Below are positions 37,753-50,640 of a stretch of DNA of 64,000 nucleotides, in pieces. Position 1 is the stretch's first letter, and each line of letters begins with the position of its first letter. The notes beneath the pieces were generated by a model. The model was not told the DNA's origin and made no database searches. It worked only from the letters and a program-made list of their open reading frames with translations. This DNA comes from the human T2T-CHM13v2.0 reference genome, Homo sapiens. Where the stretch lies: assembly GCF_009914755.1 (NCBI RefSeq), contig NC_060927.1, one strand, 5' to 3'. The position numbers were made by a program, and so were the translations under genes.

Positions 37753-40700
37753 GTATTAAAGAGTTTGTCTTTCATCCTGCAGGAAATGGAGAGCTAAGGA
37801 TAGCTGTAGTGCAGCGGGGTGAGACAGCTTTGCAAGCACCTCAAACACAGAGTGCAGGCTGACAGTAGGTGAGAGAAGGATTTCCGTCTGGGAGGCGGCC
37901 TAGGAATGAGCAGCAAGGGCTCCTTCTAGGACATGAGAAGAGGCAAAGCTGCTGCTTGATCACCCTCCAAAGACGATCCTTCTTGTCCAATGCTGCCAAC
38001 TTCAGGGAAGCAGAAGAAAAGGGGAACAGATTGCCTGGGCATGCAAGGTGGCTGGAAGCCAGGCCTGCCAAGCACCCAGGCCACCAGGGGCTCCTGAGGA
38101 CAGCATCTGACTGCCCCATGTTTCAAATGCTGTGGGTGACATGCGAGGGGGCTGAGCAGCCCAGGGGAGATGGCAGGGCCACTGAGCTGGCAGGCAGCCC
38201 CTCTTTGGTCAGGAGGGGCCCTGACACTTCCATGTCCCCAGGTTTGTGAGACAACTGGAAGACGGATTCCTGTGTGATCGGGGCACTTGTCCAAATCTCT
38301 CTGGACCTCAGCTTCCTCGGCTGTAGAATGAGAATAATAAAAACACCTACCCTCTAGGGTTGGGAAGACCACGTATTAATGAAACAGAAAGCATTCATCC
38401 ACCCACTTGCCCGCCAAAAGTCTCAAACTAACGCCGTCAAATAGGCCAGAAACAGAATTTCAAGGGAGCTAAGCACACAGGTCAGACATGCCCAGGTTCG
38501 AATCCCAGCTCCACCACCCACAAGCTGTGTGACCCTAGGCAAGTCACATCTGTCTGAGATTCACTTTGCCCCTTGTGAGGAGTGAGGATCAGAGACCTTG
38601 GAAGCGTTTTGCAAACTCACGGTCACCACATGCTCTTCCCAACGCAGGGCCAGGCCTGCAGGTCCCTCACATTGTCTCTCAGTGGGGCACCACTGGCACT
38701 AGAGTTGGGGCATTCTGCTTGTGCGGGGCTGCTCTCACACTGCAGGGTTCCTAGCACCCCTAGCCCCTCCCACCCAGAGGCTAGTGGCCACTGTAGTTGA
38801 GAACCAAGCCCATGCTGCGCAGATGGGAAAACTGAGACCCACGGAGGGCCTTGTCGGGGGTGCCCCACCAGCACAGCGAGGGCCTGGACCCAGGCCTCCG
38901 TCCTTCATCTCTGACTCCAGGGCTGAGTCCGTCATAACACAGGCGAGCCTTGTCCTGAGCCCACCAGGGGCCCTGAGTGACAGCCGGAAATGAAGTCTGG
39001 GTGAGAGGGAGGCAGCAATGGCAATTCAAGGACAAGAGAGATAAACCTTTATTGCTCTGGGCTGTCCGTTGCTTCTTCCTCCGACCCTCCTCCCTCCACC
39101 CCAGGGGCCGGGCCAGGACAATTGCTCCCTCCCTGCCTGGTCCTCTCAGAACCTGCATCTTGTTGTTAAACATTTCAGCCAGGTAGGCATTATCGTACCC
39201 ATTTTATAGATGGGGAAACTGAGGCTCAGTCTGGGATTCCACCAGCCACAGGGGAGGGGCACTAGGGGACCCCCTCTTAGGGGGCGCTGTTTGGTCTTGT
39301 CCTCACTCTGTCCAAGGTATTCCACATCTTCCCCAGCCCTCATGGCCCCTCACTTGACTTCAGGGAAGGCTGGGAGGAGCTTCAGGAGTAGTGCCACCCA
39401 GTGGGCTGCCCCAAGCTGTGAGCCTCAGACCCACAGAGCCTGCCAGCCTACAGGAAAACACGCAAGGCCACAGGCCAAGGAGGCTCCGACAGCCGCAAGA
39501 GCAAAGCATGGCAGCCGTGTGGACAGGCCCAGGAGAGGGGGTGTCCAGAATGTTGGGAAGAGCCACCGTTAACATAATCGGAGCAGAGACTCCACGCACC
39601 AGGCCTTGTGACCAGCATTTTGCACACATTTTCTCATTTCATCCCAGGAACATCTCCACTTCAGAGATGAGGAAGCCAGGGCCCAGAAAGGTAAAGCCAC
39701 TTGCCCTTAGGCAGAATGTCAGGGGGAGCCAGGGTTTGAACCCAGGCCTGCCTGACAGCATCCCCACCCAGTGGCCCCGAGAAATGCACACACCGAACCA
39801 CTCTCCACAGCCCAGGCATGTGAACACAGAGTCAGGAGGGCCAACGCAGCCAGCCAGCGACAAACACATGTTGAGAGGGGCTGGGAACCCCTGACTGGGC
39901 AGGGTCAAGTCACCAGCAGGCCAGGGGCCTGGCCACGGATGGGGCAGCTCCCAGGGGCTCCCTCTTGGGCTCCATGCTTCCCTTGACACCCACAATAGCT
40001 TCCCTCCTGGAGGACAGGACATGGGAGCACAGCTGTACAGTGGGCCTCTCTGAGCCTCAGGTTCCTCCTCTAAAATGTGGATGATGAAGTTGTCTGTACT
40101 AACAAGGTCTTTGTTGAGAAGCTCAGTGAATGAGCGAAACACCTAAAAAACTATAGCATGTGGGCACAGGGAGATGGCCAGCCTGATCATGGCCCTGCCC
40201 TGTCTCTCTGGTTACTCGTTCACTCAGAGAATATTTACTAAGCACCTACTACCTTCCAGAGGTCAGCTGGGCCAGACGTTTCAGCAGTGAACAGAGCAGG
40301 CAGACCCTCCTTTCTTAGAGCTTCTGGTCTAGGGAGGACCAGAGATCCAGCAAGAAAGACAGACAGACGGACAGACAGAAGGCATTTGAGATGGTCCCGA
40401 GGGCTGTGACAGACACAGTCACGATGTTGGCACAGAGAATACAAGGCAGGTGGTCAGGGAGAGGCTCTCAGAGTAGGCGACCTTTAAGCTGAGCCCCAGG
40501 TCTCCTTCACCAGCATCTTCACACCCCGTAGGGACCTGTGGGTGGGGTAGAGGGAGGGGACTGCTCTGCAGTAACTGCCTGGAGCTGGATGAGAAGGCAC
40601 AAAGGGAGGAGGAGGTTCCAGGTAGGCCGACCAAGCTTGGGTACCAGGAGCAGCTGAGGGGCAGGTGCAGCTAACGCACAGAGACAAGGTCGGCCGAGGC

Positions 40701-43700
40701 CAGGGAGAGGAGTTGGGATTCTGTTGAGTGTGAGGGGAGGGTTTTTAGCAGGGTCGTGCTGTGACCTAACTTCTATTTTGCAATGGCAACTACCGGGAGT
40801 GGGCTGCAAGGGTCAGGATGGCACGGGGGTGAGGGGTCTGAGGGAGGAAATGGGCCAGGCACTTGAGAGGCGGGAGATCTGGAATCCAGGTCCCTTCTGC
40901 TCTGAGCCTCATTTTCCCCTTCAGTTGAGCATCAAAGCTCCTCTAATGACAGCCAATAGGGCACGTTTGAGGAATTGCCAGTGGGAGAGGTCAGAAAGCA
41001 TGGAGTCAGGATGTATCTTGATGCAAAACAGGAAGAAAAAGAAAAATGGGCACCAGCTATAAACAGGCGAGGCACAGGGCGTGGAGGGCAAATGACCCCA
41101 AGTTCATGCAGAGGTGTCCCAACTAACTGTCACCAGAGAAGTGAAAACAGAAACAGCGAGCTCCCACTTGACTCTCCTCAAAATGGCAAATGCTGGAAAT
41201 GCAGACAAAACCAAGAGCCGGTGAAGATGTGGGGAGATGGAGATGGAAAGTCACAGCACAGCTGGTGGGGGGTAAACTGAGGCAGCCACAGTGGCAGCAC
41301 CTGGTGGTGTTAGGAGAAATTCCATGTCTGGCCACCTGTGTCCCAGTACCCTCACTCCTGGAAGTTATTGCAGAGTAATTCCACCCCCTACCCAGGTCCC
41401 TAAGGGGCATGAACTCTTGAGAATGTTGGTAAAGGTGACCTGGGACTCCATCCTAGGGTAGGGGACAGGTAACGTGGTGACTGCACACCGTGTTGTGTGA
41501 CACAGCAGTTAGAAGTGCAGCCACATGAACAGATCTTAGAAAACCTAGTGTCACATTAAAGAAAGAAAGGAGGGGAGAAAGGGAGGGAGGAAAGATGGAA
41601 AGGAAGGAAAGAAGAGAGACAGAATGAGATCTACCCCGTGGTATCATTTATGTATTGAAATGTGGTGTCATTATGTATCGAAAGCAGACACATAAAGCAC
41701 TATCTATGCTGCAAGGGCACACACAGACGGAAAGACCTGTTTCACCTATTTCAAGTGCAAGTTTAGAGGGAAGGAATTTGGGGTGGGGATAGGGCATGAA
41801 GGAGAAGAAATAAGATTATACAGAGCCAGATCTGGCGCTGGGATGGCCCAGAACCATGTGTGCTTTGAACTGAGAAATTTAGCTCAAGCTTTGGAACTTG
41901 GAGTTCAAAAATTAAAAATAAATAGGTGCCTCAAATGGCATGTTAGAAGTTGGAACTCTCTCCTGAGGATGCTGCTGGAAGAGTTTGGAGGGAGAGAGGG
42001 ATAGGGTCAGCTAAGTGTCTTAGAAAACTGACTTGAATGGGTGCTCAGAGCGCTCCTGGGTGAGGGGTCAGGCCTTGCTGTCTGTCCACCCTCCCCATCC
42101 TCCTCCCCTCAGGGGCTGCTCTGACTGTCCACCAGCCCTCTCTCTGCCTTCCTAACAAAAAGCAAAACATGGAAATAAATGGACAAAGCTATTGGGGCTC
42201 AGCTCCAGGAAAAAGCAGCATTAAGCATCCAATCTCAGGATGCAGTGGCCCCTCCCTGCCCTGTCCTAGAGAATGTTGTCAAGAAACCCAAGTTCAAAGT
42301 CCAGTCACTGCTCACACAGGGCCTACTGGGGGCCAAGAACATTACACATGTTGAAATGTCAGTATCTCTTATAAAAGGGACTACATCCAAAGAGGATCTG
42401 CCACAAAACCACCCAGAACAAAGGTGGCCACAGAGTCAGGGATGGTCAGAGGAGGAGTCCAGGAAAGCTGCCGGGTGGAGGCAGTGTCTGAGCCACGCCT
42501 TGAGGGACAAAGAAACTCAACACTCAAAGGTGAGGTAGGCAGGGATTTCCAGGGAGAGGGCACAGCCTGGGCAGAGGGTGGGAAGTGGGAAGGAAAGGCA
42601 CCACCAAAAGGGGCCCTAAAGAGCAGGTGGGCTGGCTAGGCACGCAGGGCCGGGTTCCGCAGACACAGTTCTGCGGAGAAGAGAGGTCACCGAATCGGGG
42701 CATTCCCGGCACTGTGACCGGCCATGTGGATGACATTTAGGAAGGATCAGGCTCTCCGGAGGCCCCTCCGGTGAAGACACAGAGAGCTTGTGCAGCTGTA
42801 CACAGGCCAAGCCGTCAGAAGCAGTGCACAGACCTCCGCACACTGGAGTTGATGCAGCGACTCCCCCTTGTGGCTGGTAATCAAGGCATGAGGGTAGTGG
42901 ATCAGGCTTTGGGAGGGGTGGGCACAGCTGTCATCCCGTGCCTGTGACCGGCTTTGGTGCCAGCGTCAGCCTGTGGCTAACACTGTGCCCAGAGTCCCAC
43001 CACCCACCCATGGATCAAGCATGACCCTCCGTCCAAACGCAAACGCCTTAGAGAGAAGGAAAGGGCCAGCATTTGCTGAGCACCTACTGGGTACACAGCA
43101 CTTTATGTACACTGTCTCATGGAATCTTTCAAGAATCCTATGGGATAGACATTGCAGTTCCCATGCTACAGTGCGAAACTGAGGTCGAGAGAGGGGAAGG
43201 GGCTTTGGTAAGACAGCCCAACTAGGATGGGCAGAGGGCCAGACCATGAGAACCAGGTGCTCCCTCCTCGAGCCCTTTGCACAGACTCTTCCCTTTGCCT
43301 GGAATGTTCTTCCTCACTTTCATCCTTACAGTCCAGTCTAATACCCTCCACCCAGAGGCCCACCCTGGCCATGTGGGGTGTGTCTCCTTTACCTCCCTCA
43401 GCCTTTCCTCCAATGCCTTTCCTCTCAGCCCTTCCTCCACCTGTTCTTTTCCACTAAATGGGAGATCCACAACTGTCTTGCTCACTGATTTCAACCCCAT
43501 GCCCAGGGCAGCGTTGTGCACACAGTAAGTGCTACACAAGTGTTTGCAGAATGAATGAATGAGAAATATATGATGAATGTACATAATCTCTGAATTGCCA
43601 TATTGGAAAGAAATCAACAATTCATCCCTTCTAACACTGTAGTTCAATGCAGGAATCCTCTCTGCTGTCTAGTACAGCTTGTACACCTCCATAAATGGGA

Positions 43701-46700
43701 GCTCACCACCTCTAAGCAGCCCACCCTATTCCTGAACAGTTGTAAGGGGTGACAGTCAGTCTGTTATCCCAGCTGCAGCCTGCTTCCCTATGGCTCCCCC
43801 TAGTCCCACACCATGGCCTCTGAGCCCTGGCAGGAGAGGCCACAGCTCAGTCTGGATGCGGCTTCAGTGGAGACCCAGTGTGTGGCTGAACACGGTGGTG
43901 GCCATTCACCCCGTTATTCTGGGGCCACTTCCTGGAGGGTTCCCCAACCAGGAAGAACAAACCATCTTCCCAGATGCCACAACATCTGACCATGCTGGAC
44001 AGACATCCTCTACGCCCAAGTGGGGAAACTGAGGCTCAGAGAAAATGGGAACATAAGCCTCTAATAATGACAATCCCGGCTGGCCCCCAGCTGGCACTCT
44101 ACAGATTTCATACTACTTCTCACCTCTAGGGGCATTTACTTCAGTCCCATGAGGCTGGGATCATCAATCGTTTCATTTTACAGACGAGGAAACTGGAGCC
44201 CAGAGACAGCTCAGTTCTCTGGCTCCAAAGCCTTAAATCACAGTTAAATTCACACACATTCTCAAAAGGGCTTGGTGGACGTGGTGATCACCAGATTCTG
44301 TGTCCTCATGGTAGACTTGAATATTGAAAGAGAACCCTGGAGCTGTGGACCCACGGTGGACCCTCAGGCAGGGTGAGAACATGGGAAGGACCATCCAAGG
44401 ACCCCAGGCCACCCAGCTGAGAATATGCCAGAAAGATCAGCAGAGGTATGGGGGTGGGAGCCCTGCAGGGTTTGGGGGTGGGCCCTGGCAACGACCACAT
44501 GTTTGAGGACAGGGCTTGACCCTGGGATTTCCAGGCCAGTGCCTGCTGCCTGGCAGCTGAGCCCCCTGCACCCCAAACTGACCAGCCCTCTCCAGCCTCC
44601 CCGCCTCCCATTCCCAGCACCAAGTAGCAGAGCCAATTCCCACCTCTGAGCCTTTTTATCACCATCCTCCAGGAATGCCCTCTTCCTAATCCCTGTCTGC
44701 CAGGCCAAGTCCTACAAGCCCTCCAAGACTGCTGCCCCCAGGAAGCCCTCCGGCTGGCTGGGGCCTCATCTAGGGCTCCAAGCCCTCGGCACCTCTCAGT
44801 CCCACTGTGTCAACTCACTGCTGGCCATCCCACTCTCTTCCTTGCCCATCTACCCCTAGAAGAAGACACCAGCATGGTAATGAAGTGTGAGGAACATTCT
44901 AGTATGCCACCCTCCCCGCAGCGGCACCGCTGGTGCCTCAGAGGGGCCCTGAGTTCAACTCCTAGATCTACCTCCACCTCTGACTGGCTGGATGACCTTG
45001 GGCAAAACCGGCCTCAATCTCCTCATGCATAAAATGGGAGTATATGTGGGGCTGCGGGAGGAGTAGGGCTTGCGGTCTTTAGGGGCTGCTTCAGCTCTGG
45101 CCTCAGCCACCCTGGAACCCCTTCACCTCCATCCCCAGCTTGAATTCCAAATGACCCTCGGCTGCTTACAAACCCCAAACAAACCTTCCTCAACAAACCC
45201 ACTCTGCGCATGGGCACTGAGACACAGCGAGGAGCAAGGATCTTGCCCAAGGTCATCCTACAGGGACCCCAGCACCCCTAATTATGGGCTGCTAGTGGCT
45301 GCTGGCCATGTGCCCCGCTTCGCCTGCCCACCTGCCCACCACATCTGCTTATGAGTCACCATCACCTCGGCCAAGATAGCAAAATGTGGGAACCAGAGAG
45401 CCAAGGTTGGCCCAAGGGGAGTGAGTGAGCGGGAGGGGGGAGGCAGCAAGGCTTCCAGGCCCGGGAGAGCAGGGCTGGGGGCCCAGAAGGGACGTTGAGG
45501 CCAGGAGGAACACGGACCTGCCAAGGACCCATGAAGAGTTGCGGTCAGCCTGAGTCCCTTGGCTGATGGAGGTGCTTTCCGCTCCATCTGACTATCTCCC
45601 CAGTGGGTGGGGAGACAGGGCTGGGAGCCTTCACAACGATCTGGACAATTAAGACAGGCAGATGGTCCTGCTGGACTGAACATTCAAGCCGACAGACAGA
45701 GACAATGCCCGGACCTGAGCTGAAGAGATCAGCATGCATTCCAGAGGGAGACACGCACAAGCAAGGCCAATGTGCGGTTGGGGCATTCAGGGAGGAGCCT
45801 GGCACGTCTGTCTGCTCTGCCTGGCTCAGACCTCCCCAGGCCCTGGGCTCCACTCTGGGCTCTGCTCTGCAACAGGGACATACAGAGGATGGGGTATGGA
45901 TGGAGGTGACAGCCAGGCGGAGAGCGGGAGGAGACTGTCCTGTGGGGAGCTGGGCTCACTCAGCCTGGAGCAGGGAGACTTGTGGAGAGGCATCGCTGTT
46001 TCTGCAGGGCTGTCCCGGGACAGGAGAAGCACAGAGAAGGCAGAGGACTTGGGGGAGCCTGGGGATAGCAGAGCAGTGGCCACATGTTGGGAATACAACC
46101 AAGGGTTCCCTTGGACCCAGCAGGGGAGGCTGAATAAGCTGACCGTGAAGGAACGCCCCCGGGGTGAAATGTTTGGACTTGGAAGTCAGGCGGCCTGGGT
46201 AGGCTCATGCTCTACTACTTCTTTCCTAGGTGTGTGACCTTGGAAAGTAACTTTGTCTTTAAGCCTCAGTTTCCTCAACTGCAAATAGGGCAATTTAGTT
46301 CATAACCCACAGGCCTGTTGCAAGGGTGAGAAAGTACATGGGAAGTGCCTGGCACACAGCAAGTGCTCAATAAATGCTTGGGAAACAAAGAACAGATCTA
46401 GAGGTTCACTCCAGGCTGCCGGGATTCTGCAATTCTAGGACGAGAGTTTATCCTTGTCTTCTTGATTCAAAAAAAAAGAAAAAAATTATCTGGTCTCCGA
46501 GCCACCATAGCTGATCTGAAATTCTGGTGCCCCCAGGCATGGAGGAGGGCAGAGGCTCAGGAGTGGCGCACTGGAGAGAGAGGGCTCATTTCCACTCTGG
46601 GAGTCAGATTTGAGGCCCTGATGTGGCTGCCAGGAGAAATGCCAGGAGCTGGATGTGGTGGCGTGTGGGAGGCCAAGGGGAGTCCCATTAAGGAGCGGAA

Positions 46701-47019
46701 GGAGGGAGTGAATAATTCATCACAGACATGCACCACGGAGTGGGCACAGGCAGACAAAGCTCAGGAGGGCAAGGACAGGGGTTTGTGTCTGTCTTGTGCC
46801 CTGTTGTACCCCAAGGGCCTAGAACAATACCTACGACGTAATAGATGCTCAATAAATATTTGTTGAATGAGTAAATGACACAGGCTATTCTCCTGCCTTG
46901 ACGTCTGTCGATTCTGCCCACCCTATAGTCCTGGCTCCTCACCTCCTGCCTGGGTCCCACCCAAGACTCCTTCCTCCAACCCTACCTATGGTCTGTAGAC
47001 CACAGCCAGAGCTTATTCT

Positions 47020-47301
47020 TTTCTTTCTCTCTCTCTCTCTCTTTTTTTTTTTTTTGGCACAGTCTTGGCTCACTGCAACCACCGCCTCCCAGGTTCAAGC
47101 GATTCTCTTGCCTCAGCCTCCCAGGTAGCTGGAATTACAGGCGTGCGCCACCACACATGGCTAATTTTTGTATTTTCAGTAGTGATGGGGTTTCACCATG
47201 TTAGGCAGGCTGGTCTTGAACTCCTGGCCTCAAGTGATCTGCCCACCTCAGACTCCCAAAGTTCTGGGATTATAGGCGTGAGCTAGCTACCATACCTGGT
47301 C
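47020..47301 (-). mobile_element. AluS-like element lacking about 40 nt next to the tail
   Basis: Antisense Alu in which poly-T joins directly to ggcacagtcttggctcactgc. Confidence 0.88.
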
Positions 47302-47316
47302 CAGATCCTATTCTAA

Positions 47317-48037
<721 letters not shown>

Positions 48038-49799
48038 TGAGAAACCTGGGGGCCTTACCCAGAAAAGATGAGCAACAGGACAGCCCATTAAAATAATATA
48101 GGCTGGAAATGGAGAAATGTTACCCAGGCATCTTTTGAAAAAAAGATTTTGAAGAAGAAGACAGAAGAAACACCTTGCCTTCTCCCACATCTCTTGGATT
48201 CTTCTCCTTGAGGTTTCATTTTCGTGAATGTGCAGGCTCACTTAATGGGCAAAGCAAGTTCCTTGTGCCTCCCTCAGTGCCCTCCGTGAAGGAGTGGAGA
48301 GGGGTCGGGCAGGAGCCTGGCTCAAGTCTCCGCAGTGTGTCCTCAATCAACCAGGTTGAGCCCTCCTTTTTCCTTTGCTTATTTTCTATTAAGAGCTATG
48401 CTGGCCCCAGATGTGACTGCCCTGGGGACAGTGGTGTGTGCATGGGGAGAGGAAGGAAGTGGTTGGGTCACTAAGGGGAAGATGGAATTAAAAATTCCAG
48501 GAGTCTACTGTGTGTCCCAAACTTCCTCAATCGGCACTGCAATCTCAGAAGGGCAGTTTTTCTTGGGCTCACTTCAACAGGGGAGGAAACTGAGGTTGAG
48601 TAGCCATCCAAGGCCACACAGGGAGTAAGAGCCAGAACAAGATTTGAACCCTGGTCTGTCCGGGCCAATACAAGCATTTCCTGCATCTCCAAGATGCAGA
48701 GCCTGATCCACAGCATTTAGTAGGCTGCTCTCCAAATCCTGGGGACGCTCAAATCTGGAGCCAACCCAGGATTTCATCTGTCCCTCCAGCCTGGGAGGAT
48801 CCCACTGGGCCCTTACGGTCTGTGGACCTGAACAGAGGACAGCAGCCTCAATGGGGGAGGGAGTGTCTCCTGCGGGGGTGGTCTCAGCAGAGGAGTCTCT
48901 GGTCAGACCCAAAGAGAGGCCTGTTCCTCATGTTCTCCAGGCACCAGCTGCTCTGTCTCTGTGGACCAGGCTTCCAGGGACCTCTAGGATGTCAGGCCAC
49001 CAGCTGCCCTGAGGCCAGTGAAGGACCTAGAGCCCTCTGCTGCCCCACGGACACCCACCCCCATCCCCGCCACCTCCCTAAGGAAGACTCCCTGTGTAGG
49101 CACCTCAGAGTCTGGAAAATGCTCAGTTACAAGCTCACTGGCTGGAGACAGCCTCAGTGTGTCAGCTGTTTGGCCTTAGGCAAGTTACTTAACCGCTCTG
49201 TGCCTCACTTTCCTCCTCTGCACAATCAGAATGAGGATGGGACCAGCCTTGCAGGGCCACTGTGAGGAATGAATGAGTGAATGTACTGCTTGGCACAGAG
49301 TGGTGCTGAGTGCATGTCTGTCACTGCTGTTCCTGTTGACAGCAAGATGATTCTTGCTCCTCAGCCTGAAGCATAGAGATCGTGAATCCACCACCTCCCT
49401 CCTCCCCGTGCTGTAGATGGAGACATGGCAGCAAAGGTGAAGCCTGGGGTCACACAGCCTGGGGGGTTTAACTCCAGCTCCTCCCCACCCCCACTCCAAT
49501 CTTGGTCCCACCCTAAGCCCCTTCCTAGCACTCTGAGGGGCTGAGCATGTGTCCAGGGATGGCACCCGGCACAGGCTGGGGCTCAGCACAGAGAGTCTTG
49601 CCCAGAGCCAGGCAGCCTTCACCTATGTCCCCCTGTCCCAACTCCCCACGTACAGCCCCTCGCTCCCTCCCACCCCTCCTCCCCCACACACAGCGCCCCT
49701 GCCAGGCAACCCCAGCCCATCTGGACAGCCCCACGGCCTCAACAGGAAGGAGAGAAAAGGTTGCTGGGGACATGGCCCTGGGAAGGGGTGGGGGCGATG

Positions 49800-50220
49800 A
49801 AGGAGACACACAGGAAAGTCCAGAGAGACCCAGGGAGAGACAGTGACAGTGGAAGAGGAACAGAGAAGAGCAAGACAGAGACAGACAGAGTGGGAGAGAG
49901 AAGGCAGAGCAGAGGCGGGGGCAGAGAACCGGGTGAGGGAGGGCAGACAGCAGGAGAGACAGACACAGAGACCCAGAGGCCAGACAGAGAGACAGCAGGA
50001 GAGAGAGGAGAGAGAGACAGAGAGACAGTGGAAGAGAGAGGAAGGGACCCAGAGAGAGCGGAGAGACAGAGACAGAGAGATGGAGGAGACAGAGAAGGAA
50101 GCAGAGCGGTGGAGAGACTGGGAAGGGAACTGGAGTGATCTGGGACAGAGACACGGAGGGAGAGAGAGATGCAGCAGAGAAACCCAAAAGGCTCCGCGAG
50201 AGAGACGGGGAGGGAGAGCA
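49800..50220. repeat. Purine-rich (GAGACA/GAGA) low-complexity tract
   Basis: About 420 bp with almost no T on the + strand. Confidence 0.9.
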
Positions 50221-50289
50221 GGGGTGACTGAGGACAGGCAGGGAGCCTGGGAAGTCCCTCTGGGCCCCTCGCCCTCCACCCAGACTCAC

Positions 50290-50350
50290 CGGCACCTTTG
50301 AGCCGCCGCCTCACCACGCCCAGCCGCCACTTGAGTGACACCGCCAGCAT
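50290..50350 (-). CDS. GRIP2: Upstream alternative first coding exon, MLAVSLKWRLGVVRRRLK(GA); ends at 50296 or 50290
   Basis: ATG at 50350. The peptide matches the rodent ABP-L/GRIP2 N-terminus and resembles GRIP1a. Phase-1 donors AAG|GTGCCG (50296) and CCG|GTGAGT (50290) both join exon 2 in frame. Confidence 0.85.
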
Positions 50351-50640
50351 TGTGCCCTCCTGCCCTCCGGCAGAGCCCTGTGCAGCCTGCCCCAGCCTCC
50401 CACGCCTGGAGCCGGCGCTCCTGTGCCCGCTCCAGAGCTGCTTGCGCTAACTGGCACAGGCTGGGCGCTCCCTTCCTCCGCCCTCCCGGAGTTGCTAAAA
50501 TAGATAATCCTCCCCGGAGCCAGCGGTGGCATTGGTGGCGGCAAGGCCCTTCCTCCAAAGCAGCCGGGCCTGGGGAGTGCAGTGCCGGATGTTCTAGCCT
50601 CTGCAGCAAACCTCCAGCGGGCCCCACCCTCAAGTCCTCT
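50351..50640 (-). promoter_or_regulatory. Putative promoter/5' UTR of the upstream first exon
   Basis: Locally CpG-enriched; AT-rich TATA-like element TATTTTAG about 145 bp upstream of the ATG; GGGCGG box near 50480. Inferred from position only. Confidence 0.45.

Noticed and set aside
49525-50295. Long Leu/Ser/Cys-rich and Arg/Glu-rich ORFs (up to 256 aa)
   Set aside because: Artefact of the (GA/CT) low-complexity tract, which lacks stop codons.
50494-50503. MEF2 site (gctaaaatag)
   Set aside because: One A/T short of the CTA(A/T)4TAG consensus; kept only as a TATA-like AT-rich element.
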